A stretch of DNA of 64,000 nucleotides from IMG/VR virus record IMGVR_UViG_3300032291_003679, positions 1 to 64,000 of that record; one strand, written 5' to 3'. The DNA is from a virus. The notes below the pieces were generated by a model. It did no database searches, was not told the origin of the DNA, and was given only the letters and a program-made list of their open reading frames with translations. Shown here in pieces: positions 9,839 through 19,787 of this stretch (position 1 is the first letter of the stretch; every line of letters starts with the position of its first letter). The translations under genes and the position numbers were made by a program.

Positions 9839-10209
9839 TCGCTTGCCCAGTTAGATTTAGCTGAAGTGTTACCAGCGTCGTACAGTTCCTGGAACTTCTC
9901 TATTTGTGAAGCGTCTCTAAATATGAGAGAGATGTCGTTGTAGGCGGTCTTCTGTTTGTTCTTGCCCATATGGAAGTCTGAGAGTGCGCAGCCGGCGATG
10001 GCGTCTTTGCATCCCTCAACGCTGTATACAGCTATTGCCCACCGTATGTCTCTCTCGCGCTTGATATCGAGCTGTGCGCGTTTCTTTCCCATAGTGAGCT
10101 TCCAGTATTCGAAGACTTCTAGGACTAATGGGAACGCGACCTTTCTGCCGAGTTCTGTTTTGTTCTTATTGTGGGAGTTAGGCCCACGTCCCCTTTTTTC
10201 AGTACTCAT
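9835..10209 (-). CDS. phage replication initiator C-terminal-like domain
   Basis: VFEYW..AIAGCALSDFHMGKN..YNDISLIFR..IEKF. Confidence 0.6.
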   Translation of the reverse strand: MSTEKRGRGPNSHNKNKTELGRKVAFPLVLEVFEYWKLTMGKKRAQLDIKRERDIRWAIAVYSVEGCKDAIAGCALSDFHMGKNKQKTAYNDISLIFRDASQIEKFQELYDAGNTSAKSNWASE

Positions 10210-10217
10210 AATTCCCT

Positions 10218-10246
10218 ATTCTAATTGAGTCTTCCGCCACCGTCAA
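10218..10246 (-). promoter_or_regulatory. sigma-A promoter TTGACG-N17-TAGAAT containing the 16-mer motif
   Basis: Near-consensus hexamers with a 17-bp spacer, 8 nt before the ATG at 10209. Confidence 0.75.
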
Positions 10247-10767
10247 ACATTTGGACGATTTGATTTTGAACAGACTTTACCTTAAGTCCGTATTCATACT
10301 TTCGTTAAAGCTTCAGCTCTAGCAGGTTACGTGAATGGAAGTATTTGCGGCTTCGCCGTAGAGGATACTTTGGAGGGGGGTTCGGGGGGAACCTTTACAA
10401 ATGTTTTGCAAAAAGGCAACCCGAAAAACACCTCCCCTCGAAGGTGTCAGAAAAATTCTGTAGGTGTGACACTGGCCTGTGTCTGGAAATTTCCATCTTT
10501 GCTCTATTGAGCTAAGTAGTTTGAGAAGCTATCAGCTTCTTCCACCACCGTCAACCACTACCAAGGAATTTTTTATTTTTCTTTGGTCGCGGCCGGCGAT
10601 GCAGTTACGTTTTCACGAAACTTGCGAGCGCGGAGAATTACAATGTGGTAAGTTAGCGGGGCTTCTTGCGGGTTCCCCTTTCGCCCAAGAGAAGCGCGCC
10701 CCCGGGTTGAGATTGTTGTTGGGTTGGTAGGTGGCCTTCAACGACTCCCCGGGGGCACCTTCGCTTT

Positions 10768-11142
10768 TCACTCGCTGCCCCAGTAATTCTTGTCGCTGCC
10801 GTTCTGCTGCGGGAAGATTTTTCCCTGCCGCTGCGGCTTGGTGATTTTCGCGAGAATTTCTCGGGTCTCGCCATCCAGGCCGCCACCCACAGTTTTTGAA
10901 TAATTTGCTGGGTGTTCCATCCGGTTTCTGGCTTTTTCCTTAATCTCTTCTTCGAGAAGAAATTGCTGCAGCTCCAGCTCGAGTAGGTCCTGTGTATTTT
11001 TTTCAATATTTTTAGGATTGCTAGCTCGACGGTATTTAGCTCGGTCGACTGCGTCGTACCAGGCGTCAATGAAATAATCGGCGAAAATTACAATTGCCGC
11101 CATAGCTGTCAGAATAATTCCGAACGTTGCGAGTTCACTCAT
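10768..11142 (-). CDS. membrane-anchored hypothetical protein
   Basis: N-terminal TM; AAGGA RBS. Confidence 0.6.
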   Translation of the reverse strand: MSELATFGIILTAMAAIVIFADYFIDAWYDAVDRAKYRRASNPKNIEKNTQDLLELELQQFLLEEEIKEKARNRMEHPANYSKTVGGGLDGETREILAKITKPQRQGKIFPQQNGSDKNYWGSE

Positions 11143-11466
11143 GATTTTTTGTTCCTTTTTTTGTTTATGTAGCGCTTAAGCATGACTCTTCTGTAGTTGA
11201 ACCCAATTTGTAGTTCATCAAAAATTTCTTCAATTCTTCCGTCGTTAACGCGCGGCCGCAGCCAGAAGAAAAACCAGAGAACTAATCCCATGTATAGAAA
11301 AAAGAAAAATTTCATTCGCCGGCCTCGAGCTCATCCAGGTAAGCATCGCGCATCCCATCCATATGGTCCTGATAAAGAGAATTTATTTCAGCTTCGCGCA
11401 GCAGGTGGTCTTCCCGCTGCCCGTCGAGAAAATTTAAATATTCTGGGTCAGATGTCAGTGGAGAGC

Positions 11467-11739
11467 TCATCGACCCTCCGCTAGGAATTCTTCGTGTTTT
11501 TGTGAAATTCCTAGGTACGTCTCGACAACTCGCATAAAAGCAGAAAGCAGCAGGACACGTGCTGGCATTGCCATCTCTTCCATGTCTTCAAACAATTTTC
11601 CCATCTCGACGAGTTTTAAACGAATAACGTCCAAGCATCCTGCCCGTTCTTCTGGCGGCTGCAGTTCTCCAGTTTTTTCGTCAAATAGAACAGCTTCGAG
11701 CAGCTGAACTTCAAGTTCCTGAGTTCTCAAATCTTCCAT
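11467..11739 (-). CDS. hypothetical protein
   Basis: AAGGA RBS. Confidence 0.6.
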   Translation of the reverse strand: MEDLRTQELEVQLLEAVLFDEKTGELQPPEERAGCLDVIRLKLVEMGKLFEDMEEMAMPARVLLLSAFMRVVETYLGISQKHEEFLAEGR

Positions 11740-11991
11740 TTCTAGTATCCTTATCTTTTTAAAAACTTACCTACACCACGTCGCGGCGGCGAGAGAATTT
11801 TTTCTTTTTTTTGATTTTGTAGCCGGCGATATGCAGCTCATCAATAATGTGCTGGGGGATTCCCGCCCAGATAACTACACCTTTATGGATAAGTGCACGC
11901 GCAATTGCTGCTTGCTTCGGTCCCATATCCTCGATGTGCTGCATGTTAATGACGTTTGAATGTTGGTCTTCCACCACCGTCAATCCTTTCC

Positions 11992-12675
11992 TTAGTTCTT
12001 GGTTAAATCTAGCAGAAACCAACCCCGTTCCCACATCATCCCGATGGCTGAATAACCGATGATGTCGGTGTAGGTATCCGTTAGAGACTCATTGGCTGCT
12101 TGACCGCTGCGCATTAGGTGAAGATTTTTCAATCTTGCGATTTTGTCATGAGTCCTGACAACCAGGCCTCGGCGACCAAAGCGTGCAATATTGTGGTGAC
12201 CGTAATCTGATTGCTTTCGAATTAAAGTTTCTGTTATTTCTTCGCGCAGCATCCAGCTATCGAAGACTCCGGTAGGAGAAGCAGAATTATTTAAAATTTC
12301 TGGATGGCCACTGGGCCCGCCGCGGGAGGGAAATAAATTTCCGTTTTTTATCCCCGCAGCCGCTGCGCTAGAACCAAGAATTCTCCATTCTTCAACCCAG
12401 TACATCTCGTCTGCCTGAAACCAATCCATTGTTTGGACCATCCCCTCAAAATGATTATCAATAATCGATAAACCTTCGAGAATTAAATTCAAAAAACTGT
12501 CAAACTCGTCTGGGCCGGCAGCGCTAATAATTCGTTTTTTTGAATTTTCTGCAACGTTCTGAAGATGCTCCAGGGGTTGGTCTATTCGGTTAAAAATCTC
12601 AGAAACACATATGGCCGCAGCTTCTTGCCAGCTCCTTGGTTGCTCTGGTTCCATCTCTTCCACCACCGTCAACAT
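11992..12675 (-). CDS. protein with C-terminal DUF1599/Nmad1-like (nucleotide-modification-associated) domain
   Basis: RKQSDYG..DKIARLKNL..ESLTDTYTDIIGYS. Confidence 0.75.
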   Translation of the reverse strand: MLTVVEEMEPEQPRSWQEAAAICVSEIFNRIDQPLEHLQNVAENSKKRIISAAGPDEFDSFLNLILEGLSIIDNHFEGMVQTMDWFQADEMYWVEEWRILGSSAAAAGIKNGNLFPSRGGPSGHPEILNNSASPTGVFDSWMLREEITETLIRKQSDYGHHNIARFGRRGLVVRTHDKIARLKNLHLMRSGQAANESLTDTYTDIIGYSAIGMMWERGWFLLDLTKN

Positions 12676-12678
12676 TAT

Positions 12679-13143
12679 TTACTGCTCCCCTGTTAATAGT
12701 TCATCCCAGCTTTCGGGGGGATTGTTCTTCATCTCAAGTCTAACCATCTCGGCAAGACTCTCCAATTCGCCGACCCATAAAATGTCGCTAGCTCCTGGGA
12801 GCCCCGTTTTTTCCTGTACAGAATCAACGTTTTCTAGGCGCTCAGCAATGAAGTCTCGCGAGAAAGCTGCGATTATTGATTTTTCATTTCCGCCGCGCAT
12901 GAGTACTGGGCCGTTTTCTCCATTAAGAGATTCTGCTGGGACATGGATGCCCGTTACGACCAGTTGGTTATCGTCGGTAAAAATGAAAATTACGTTGTTA
13001 TTTTCCTGGTCTACCAGGGATAACTGGTTGGCTACTTCATGAGCGATGTCTATATCCGCTCCAGAATTTGTGAGCATTTTGACAAGTTTTTCTTTTTCAA
13101 ACGGGCTTGAATCTTCTGAAGACTCCCAGTATTCTCTTTTCAT
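12679..13143 (-). CDS. hypothetical protein
   Basis: GAGG RBS; operon context. Confidence 0.6.
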   Translation of the reverse strand: MKREYWESSEDSSPFEKEKLVKMLTNSGADIDIAHEVANQLSLVDQENNNVIFIFTDDNQLVVTGIHVPAESLNGENGPVLMRGGNEKSIIAAFSRDFIAERLENVDSVQEKTGLPGASDILWVGELESLAEMVRLEMKNNPPESWDELLTGEQ

Positions 13144-13352
13144 TTTTCCTCTTTTTTTGTAGGTTCCGCGGCCGGCGCGGCCAGGGAAGATTCTTTGTTT
13201 TTTCTAATCTCGAGGCCACAGAGCTCACATTTTCCAGTAAAGAAAGATATTGAACCGCACTCGATGCATTCGTAGGCTGGCAACTTTTTAGTCCTCCCCG
13301 TATTCACATCTTTGGCCATCACAGCTCCCGTATTGTCTGCAGAAAATTGCAT
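13140..13352 (-). CDS. small Zn-ribbon protein
   Basis: CxxC..CxxC. Confidence 0.55.
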   Translation of the reverse strand: MQFSADNTGAVMAKDVNTGRTKKLPAYECIECGSISFFTGKCELCGLEIRKNKESSLAAPAAEPTKKEEK

Positions 13353-13573
13353 AATTTAGACAATCGGGGTCACGTGCATCTGGGGTGTCTGGGGCGTCAC
13401 GTTCGGCTCGGCGACGTCCACGTGATTTGCCCACTTTGTAGGCGACAACATGGCTGAGTAATCCCATGCACGCAGCTTATCCACCACCGCACGTTTTGTC
13501 AACTGCTTTTTAAATCTTCTTCGTAAATAAAAAATGTGATTTCTGCCAGCACCGAACATACGTTCGTACTAAT

Positions 13574-13957
13574 GTGTCATCCATGGACAACACCACAAAA
13601 TTCAATTTGTACACTGAAGCTCTCGAGCAGTACATTTCAAAAAACGGAAATTCTAAAATTCCGGCAGCGCATATTGAAATTCTGAATGAAAAAGAAATTT
13701 CTCTTGGAGCTTGGGCCGGATATATTCGTCAAAGATTTCGTAAAAATCAACTTCCCGCAGCACGGGTAACCAGGCTTGAACAAATAAACGGCTGGAATTG
13801 GGGTCCTTTCCAACCAGGGCCGGCGACGGATTCTGTAAGAAACGAATCAATTCGTGAACTTCGTGGGCAAGGCAAATCTCTTCGGGAAATCGCCGATGAG
13901 TTTGATTTGTCTCGGCAGCGGGTTCATCAAATAATTAGAAAACTAAAAATCTCGTAA
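13574..13957 (+). CDS. helicase-associated (HA) domain fused to a sigma-70 region-4-like HTH
   Basis: LGAW..RQRFRKNQL..R..RLE..GWNW (HA); SLREIADEFDLSRQRVHQI (region 4.2-like). Confidence 0.75.
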   Translation: MSSMDNTTKFNLYTEALEQYISKNGNSKIPAAHIEILNEKEISLGAWAGYIRQRFRKNQLPAARVTRLEQINGWNWGPFQPGPATDSVRNESIRELRGQGKSLREIADEFDLSRQRVHQIIRKLKIS

Positions 13958-14006
13958 GACCGAAGGGTCTTCCACCACCGTCAATTGGTTAGCACGAGGA
14001 GAAGTA

Positions 14007-14330
14007 ATGGTTTCTGAAAACTGGAAACACACCCATAAATCTGGCAGCAGCTTTCCGCGTGCTTTCCGAGATTCTCAAAATTTCCCCACGGTTTCGCGCG
14101 GGGCTCCAACCCGAAAGAAAGACCGACAGGGCAGAAATGCATTTCTCGGATTTCTCATGCTGGTCACTCTGTACTCGGTCTTGCTGTGGCTCGCCGTGCG
14201 TGTTGCTGAATCGGCAGGAGTCGTGTCGTGGAGCGTGGGCGTGTGGGATTCACTGAAACTCGCAACGCTGTATGTCCTGTGGCAGTCGCTCTCGCTTGTG
14301 TCGTGGGGCAGTGTCAAGAGGAAGCAGTAG
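14007..14330 (+). CDS. membrane protein
   Basis: GAGGAG RBS; two TM segments. Confidence 0.55.
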   Translation: MVSENWKHTHKSGSSFPRAFRDSQNFPTVSRGAPTRKKDRQGRNAFLGFLMLVTLYSVLLWLAVRVAESAGVVSWSVGVWDSLKLATLYVLWQSLSLVSWGSVKRKQ

Positions 14331-14427
14331 GACTTACCTACACCTACTAGGTGCATGCATTGCTCATGCAAAGAGCATGCCGTGAGCATGCCTGCGAGAA
14401 CGAGCAGAACAAGTGTAGGTAAGTGGG

Positions 14428-14688
14428 TCACGACTGGTACTGCGCTTGCTGTGTGTCCAGTGAGTCAATGAGGTTTGCGAGAATCGGCAGAACACTCATG
14501 CCCTCGTTGCCTATGAGAGTAGAGAAGTCTCTCTCTGCCATTCGCACCGTGTACTCCTGTGCAATGTCACGCTTCATGCCTTCGTAGTAGTGACAGAGCC
14601 GTGTGAGTGTGTCGTACAACTCGTCCAGCAGTTCTTCTGTTCGTTCGCTTGTTTCTTTCATCGTGTGTCTTTCTAGTAACGATTCCAA
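14428..14688 (-). CDS. hypothetical protein
   Basis: ORF track; natural composition. Confidence 0.5.
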   Translation of the reverse strand: MESLLERHTMKETSERTEELLDELYDTLTRLCHYYEGMKRDIAQEYTVRMAERDFSTLIGNEGMSVLPILANLIDSLDTQQAQYQS

Positions 14689-14859
14689 GTTATCTAACTT
14701 TCCCCCTTCCCACTACCCCTCACGGAGAACCAAAGGAGTAAAGATTCTCAACGCTCGGGGCAGTGGTGGTACAGGTGTAGGTAACTCCTGTACCAACGCC
14801 TTTGGAGTGGCAGTGAGTGTCCAAGCCCACTGCCACCCCTTAGGGCGACTTACCTACAC

Positions 14860-16422
14860 CTACTCACGCTCGGGGAGTGGTGTTCCCATGTGTTCGTACC
14901 ACACCTTACGGAACATGTGAGGGTACACGCTGTGCGCTTTGCCGTTCACTTTGAGGTTGTGCAACTGCGTAATGGCTTCCTCAATGTGAGGAACAACGAT
15001 GTAGCCGTGCTGTCGTGCGTAGGTCATGCACTGCATGGAAAGCAGTTCAGAGAATCCGTCATTTGCTCCACACACTCCACCGTCTGTTACCCATACGAGA
15101 GGTGTGTTCTTGTATTGACGATTCTTTACGCCCCACTCAATCGCAGGGAAGTCCACGCCGTTGCCGTGTCCGTAGTCAATGTATTCCACATTCTCAACCA
15201 TGCGTCCCTTGTCAGCAACTACCCAAGCGTTTGGGTGTTCTCCACCTGCTCGGTAACGGTCACTGTAAATCATCACGGTTGCGCCTTGTGCGTTCTCAAT
15301 GATTTCTGCAATCTGTTCAGTAGTGAATGACATAGAACCACTTGCGTCAATGATGACCATGCCACCACTGCCACGAACGGTCTTGTCAAAGACACGCTTC
15401 GCAGGGTCGGTCATGTAACGGTGCAATCGGCGTGGTCTGCGTCCCATGTTCGTAGCAATGCGCTTCTTGCCCATTGAGCCGTAGTGATAACGAGGCAGAG
15501 GCTCACGACTGACAACCAGTTCTGCCCACCCTGTCGCTCCACCGTGGTCGGCTGGAACTACTTTCCCATGTGGGTTTCCGTCCTTGTCGCCTTCGCTGTC
15601 TCCGTCCTGATACTCGGCAGAGTGTTCACCTGTCTTGTCACCGTCATCGGACTTACCTACACCTTCGCCTTCGCCATTTCCCTTCCCCTTCTTAGGGTCG
15701 TTCTTGCGAGCCTTCGGTGGTGGGAACGAGGCGAGCCTGTCCACCCATTCTGCTAAACGCTCGGTGTGAACGAATCCGTATGGAGCAATGCCGTCATGGG
15801 TGTCGGTGCTTGCGAGTGTGCGTGACTGGTGCGACTTGCGCATTTCCTTCATTGCTCGCTTGCCAATGTCCAGCAGTGCGTCACCCCATGCTCGGTTGTG
15901 CCTGCGTACTCCGTTCAGGAATGGCTTGTGTCCAGCCGTGCCGACTGTGGCGATACAGGTTGCAACTGCACCTGCCCAATCGTTTGACTTTGCTAGTTGT
16001 TCGCCTGCTGAAAGTTCGTTTCCGTCTGCGAGGTGATTCTTCACATCAAAGCCAGCCTGCTGACAGAGGTAGTTCACTCGTAGTTCCTCAACAACTGTCA
16101 TGGCAGTAGCAGAGGCAATAGAGCGACTAACAAACACTTCCATTTGCTCGGGCGAGGGTGACACTTTCGCATGCATCATTTCATGCGCACGAACTACACG
16201 CTCTAACTCACCGTCTGCTGACGGAGCGAACATGACACGGTTGGCAATGTCTGTACGAGGCTCGCCACGCACTGCACGACAGTCCTCAACGACCCAACGC
16301 TCATGGGCTAGGTCTTTGCGACCAAGCATGTTCGGTTCGGCACGGCTTGCGCCCCTCTCCACATCTGACAGTGGAGAGGGAAACGACTTACCTACACCTG
16401 ATTTGGTGGGGTTAGTGGACAT
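14860..16422 (-). CDS. HExxH metallopeptidase-like plus VWA domain protein (CobT/MoxR partner)
   Basis: HEMMH; DASGSM MIDAS motif; VTDG; adjacent AAA+ gene. Confidence 0.8.
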   Translation of the reverse strand: MSTNPTKSGVGKSFPSPLSDVERGASRAEPNMLGRKDLAHERWVVEDCRAVRGEPRTDIANRVMFAPSADGELERVVRAHEMMHAKVSPSPEQMEVFVSRSIASATAMTVVEELRVNYLCQQAGFDVKNHLADGNELSAGEQLAKSNDWAGAVATCIATVGTAGHKPFLNGVRRHNRAWGDALLDIGKRAMKEMRKSHQSRTLASTDTHDGIAPYGFVHTERLAEWVDRLASFPPPKARKNDPKKGKGNGEGEGVGKSDDGDKTGEHSAEYQDGDSEGDKDGNPHGKVVPADHGGATGWAELVVSREPLPRYHYGSMGKKRIATNMGRRPRRLHRYMTDPAKRVFDKTVRGSGGMVIIDASGSMSFTTEQIAEIIENAQGATVMIYSDRYRAGGEHPNAWVVADKGRMVENVEYIDYGHGNGVDFPAIEWGVKNRQYKNTPLVWVTDGGVCGANDGFSELLSMQCMTYARQHGYIVVPHIEEAITQLHNLKVNGKAHSVYPHMFRKVWYEHMGTPLPERE

Positions 16423-16424
16423 GG

Positions 16425-17147
16425 TTATTTCACTCCGTCCACTGCGAGAGCGTCAAGAATCTGCTTTGCACGATTTCCGAAAGTGAGTTGGCATGCTCGC
16501 TCCATTCCGACTGCCTTGCGCAACTTGTCCAACGCCATGAAAGCACGGAGAGAGATACGAGCCTCGCCACCGTCAGCCATGCGAACGGCGTATCCACGCA
16601 GGTCAGGAGAAAGACGGAGAAGTGCGTTTGGGTGTGGTTCGTTGATACGAACACGAATCGGGAAACGGTCAGCGAGTGCTGTTGGCAGTTCGCTCATGTT
16701 CTCAATGTTCGTGGTCATCACGGCAGAGAATCCGTCAAGTGGACGGACGATTTCACCAGTCTCGGGGTGTTGGAATGTTGCAGATTCAGGAGAATCCAAC
16801 ATGGCAAGAAGTGTTGCGAACACATCGCCACCAGCCTTGTCCACTTCATCAACAATAAGACGACCACCTGTTGTGCCGTTGCCTTTCCATGCTTTGAGAG
16901 CAGAGCCGTCAAGCCACTGGAAGCCACCGTCTTTGCTAGGCATGAAGCCACCAGTTACATCCATGTTGGTCATGTCCTCGGTGCAGACCAAGCGATGTGC
17001 GCCAGCCTCAATGTTTCCGAATGAAAGACCAGCGTAGGTCTTTCCTGTTCCAGCAGGTCCGAACAGAATGATTCTGTCAATACCCGAGTCAAGTGCGTCC
17101 TTGACATCTTGCCAGCACTGTGGCAATACCTCTTGTGTTGTGTCCAT
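16425..17147 (-). CDS. MoxR/CobS-type AAA+ ATPase
   Basis: GPAGTGKT, IVDEVD, ALADRF; start reassigned to MDTTQ after AAAGGAG. Confidence 0.88.
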   Translation of the reverse strand: MDTTQEVLPQCWQDVKDALDSGIDRIILFGPAGTGKTYAGLSFGNIEAGAHRLVCTEDMTNMDVTGGFMPSKDGGFQWLDGSALKAWKGNGTTGGRLIVDEVDKAGGDVFATLLAMLDSPESATFQHPETGEIVRPLDGFSAVMTTNIENMSELPTALADRFPIRVRINEPHPNALLRLSPDLRGYAVRMADGGEARISLRAFMALDKLRKAVGMERACQLTFGNRAKQILDALAVDGVK

Positions 17148-17484
17148 TGTTTGCTCCTTTGTAAGCGATTGGTTAGGGACAAGCAAACCATACCACTCGT
17201 GGGTCAGACTTCCCAACTTCACTTGACACCTTGCAACACAAGGGATTTGGACTTACCTACACCTATTGTTCTGACGATTCCGTGCCACTTACCTACACCT
17301 CTTATGTGTGGTCTGTGCGTTCCGAGCCACCTGCCGTGCGCCCCAACGCCGAGCCAGCCCTTACCTGCCCTGCCACCCCGAGTGCCTGCGCCTTCTTCGG
17401 GTGGAGCCCCGCGTTGTTCGGCGAGTCGGGCGGGGCTTAGGCCGACTTACCTACACCTAATGGGGACTTACCTACACCTAATGG

Positions 17485-17970
17485 TTACTCGTTGTCTTTG
17501 GGGTCTGAGATTCGCCACAGCCCCTTCTTGACCTTGATAAAAAGTGGAGATTCGCTCACATACTTCAGTGTTGTCTGGTACGAGAACCCAGCAACCTCAA
17601 CGAGCTGGTCGGTGGTGTATTCCTCACCTCGGTGTTCGTCTACCCACTTCTCAAAAGTTCCGTATTTATCTTTGCGTCTCTCGGTCTTGATGATTCCGTT
17701 ATTCGCAGTGCTGATGTGGGTAAGATACTTCTTGACGAACTCATTTATTACATCGTCACTGACGGAGTAAAAGCGAAGCATTGATACAGGGTTCCCATTG
17801 CACCCTTCCCTTTGCCACTTCTCCATGACATACAGCGCACGGACTGTCTCTGCAATGCGCCACATTTCCTGATGGTTGGCGTATTTCTGTTGTGGCTTCT
17901 TGTACTTCTTATCAAACTCGGCATACAACCGTGTGTTTTCTTCATGCACGAAATCAATAGTAAAGTTCAC
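17485..17970 (-). CDS. hypothetical protein with C-terminal HTH-like segment
   Basis: GTG start after AAGGA; YTTDQLVEVAGFSYQTTLKYV. Confidence 0.6.
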   Translation of the reverse strand: MNFTIDFVHEENTRLYAEFDKKYKKPQQKYANHQEMWRIAETVRALYVMEKWQREGCNGNPVSMLRFYSVSDDVINEFVKKYLTHISTANNGIIKTERRKDKYGTFEKWVDEHRGEEYTTDQLVEVAGFSYQTTLKYVSESPLFIKVKKGLWRISDPKDNE

Positions 17971-18321
17971 TTCTTTTTCCTTATTTAGATGTACCTGCAG
18001 CGCAACCCGTATGGACTCTAGCACTCGTCATCCAGACTTCCCCAAGTTGCAAATAAAAAATGAAAAACTGTGTTGCCAGTAAGCCCTATGGCTCGACTTC
18101 CACCACCGTCAAAGGGAAACCAACTAGAAAATCCTGCCGCCGGCTCGAGAACTGTTTTTCAAAAAATCAAAAAATCTGACACCCCTTAGTTGCTACGTAG
18201 CATTTTGACCGTTTCGTGCGGGGCTCCATCCCCCAAATGGCGAGGAAAAGAAAGAGGAGTGTCACTGCCAACTGAACAGCGACACCCCTCTTGGTGTAGG
18301 TAACTGAAAGGGGGGACTTAC

Positions 18322-18531
18322 CTACACCTGACCTATAACTACGAACTGGTCTCCTGCTTCCTCAACAAGACCGAGGTTGCTTCCGTTGTCCCATTTGACA
18401 AACACCGTTCCGATGTCGTCCACAAAGTCCACCGTCCCCTCTTCTCCTGATTTGAGTTTCGTGTAGGGGTCTGTGCATGTGATTAGCCTGACCCTCTTGC
18501 CGACTAGGTGTTCGTTTCTTGCTCGCCTCAT
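18322..18531 (-). CDS. DUF4314-like protein
   Basis: GKRVRLI..DPY..GTVDFVDDIGTVFVKWDNGSNLGLV. Confidence 0.8.
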   Translation of the reverse strand: MRRARNEHLVGKRVRLITCTDPYTKLKSGEEGTVDFVDDIGTVFVKWDNGSNLGLVEEAGDQFVVIGQV

Positions 18532-18674
18532 GCTGGAACCTCGCTTTCTGTATTGGTGCTGATTAGTAGGCGAATGTCTAAGAGCAGGTCGGTCATCTCT
18601 ACTGATGACACAATGTCCCTGCCCGAGCAGTGCGCTATTGCTTTATCCACTAGGGCGACAAGTTCAGTATCCAT
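18528..18674 (-). CDS. small hypothetical protein (48 aa, MDTELVALVDKAIAHC...)
   Basis: ATG directly after a 14-mer copy; ATGA coupling to the next gene. Confidence 0.55.
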   Translation of the reverse strand: MDTELVALVDKAIAHCSGRDIVSSVEMTDLLLDIRLLISTNTESEVPA

Positions 18675-18681
18675 GACTTAC

Positions 18682-19377
18682 CTACACCCCCTTGTCTTTC
18701 TTTTTCGGAGCCTTGTCAAGCATGTCTTTGTAAGCAAGCGTCTTGGTGGCAAGGTGCATGTAGCCAACCGTGGCAAGTAAAGCGTCAGGAATACGACCAT
18801 TTGTTTCATGCTCTTTGTCCACTGTGAATGTGTTGCACATTGGTTCTTCGTCAAACTCGGGAACTCCGTGGTCGTCATAGCGATAGAGGCTCGCAATGCT
18901 CCACACATTCGTAGCGTTCCAATCCACGGCAGTCATTATGATTCCTTCACGAACATCAGAAAATGGATTTTCTTTGTAGTCCTTCTCAAAGTCGCCTCTG
19001 TCGTGGTTATGTGCCTCTTCTTCGGTCATCTCTGACTTTGCGTATCCCTCAACGAGTAGAACAATAAAGTCAAACGGACGAATCGGGAGTGACTTCACAA
19101 CATCTTCGTAAGCGTCAAAAATGTCCTCTTTGTGAATGAGAGGAATCATCGCCAAGTGGTATGGCTTTGAGAGTGAGAACTCATGTTGGTAGTCCACGCA
19201 TGCTTCGTGGTCGGGATTACTGTCATTGCTCTCAACGGCAACAAGGAACAGTGGTGGACTGTCTTGCATTGGCTCGTCTTTGCACATTTCTGTCTTTGCA
19301 AAGACGGCTCGGTTGAGCAAATCTTCCATTATTGCTCTGATGTCGTTGTCAATAACTTCATTCTCTTGTGGTGTCAT
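18682..19377 (-). CDS. hypothetical protein
   Basis: GAAAGGGG RBS; own promoter; stop codon lies inside a 14-mer. Confidence 0.75.
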   Translation of the reverse strand: MTPQENEVIDNDIRAIMEDLLNRAVFAKTEMCKDEPMQDSPPLFLVAVESNDSNPDHEACVDYQHEFSLSKPYHLAMIPLIHKEDIFDAYEDVVKSLPIRPFDFIVLLVEGYAKSEMTEEEAHNHDRGDFEKDYKENPFSDVREGIIMTAVDWNATNVWSIASLYRYDDHGVPEFDEEPMCNTFTVDKEHETNGRIPDALLATVGYMHLATKTLAYKDMLDKAPKKKDKGV

Positions 19378-19499
19378 TGGTTGCCCCTTTCAGGCGTTTT
19401 GTGTTCATTGGAAGCATACCACTTGTGGGACAGACTTCCAATAGTTACCTACACTGGATAGTGGGAGTCGGTACAAGCCCCCACATGCCAGCCATTTTT

Positions 19500-19724
19500 C
19501 TACTTCTCTCCGAGCAGTGTGTTCACCGATACTCCAAGAGCATTACTTACAGCGAGCAGTGTTTCCACACTCGGCGTGAACTGCCCATTCTCAATACGGT
19601 TCACCGTTTTTCGGTCAAGACCTGCACGGTTGGCAAGTTCCAACTGTGACCAGCCGTTCTCGCTTCTGTGAACTCGTACGATTTCTGAGATTTGCTCAAT
19701 GGATTTAGTTGATGATGTTCCCAT
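19500..19724 (-). CDS. XRE/Cro-C1 HTH transcription regulator
   Basis: WSQLELANRAGLDRKTVNRIENGQFTPSVETLLAVSNAL. Confidence 0.9.
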   Translation of the reverse strand: MGTSSTKSIEQISEIVRVHRSENGWSQLELANRAGLDRKTVNRIENGQFTPSVETLLAVSNALGVSVNTLLGEK

Positions 19725-19787
19725 GTTGGGATTCCTTCTTTCTTTATTGGGGGATTATTTGTGTGTGTGTAGTTACCTACACCTATT

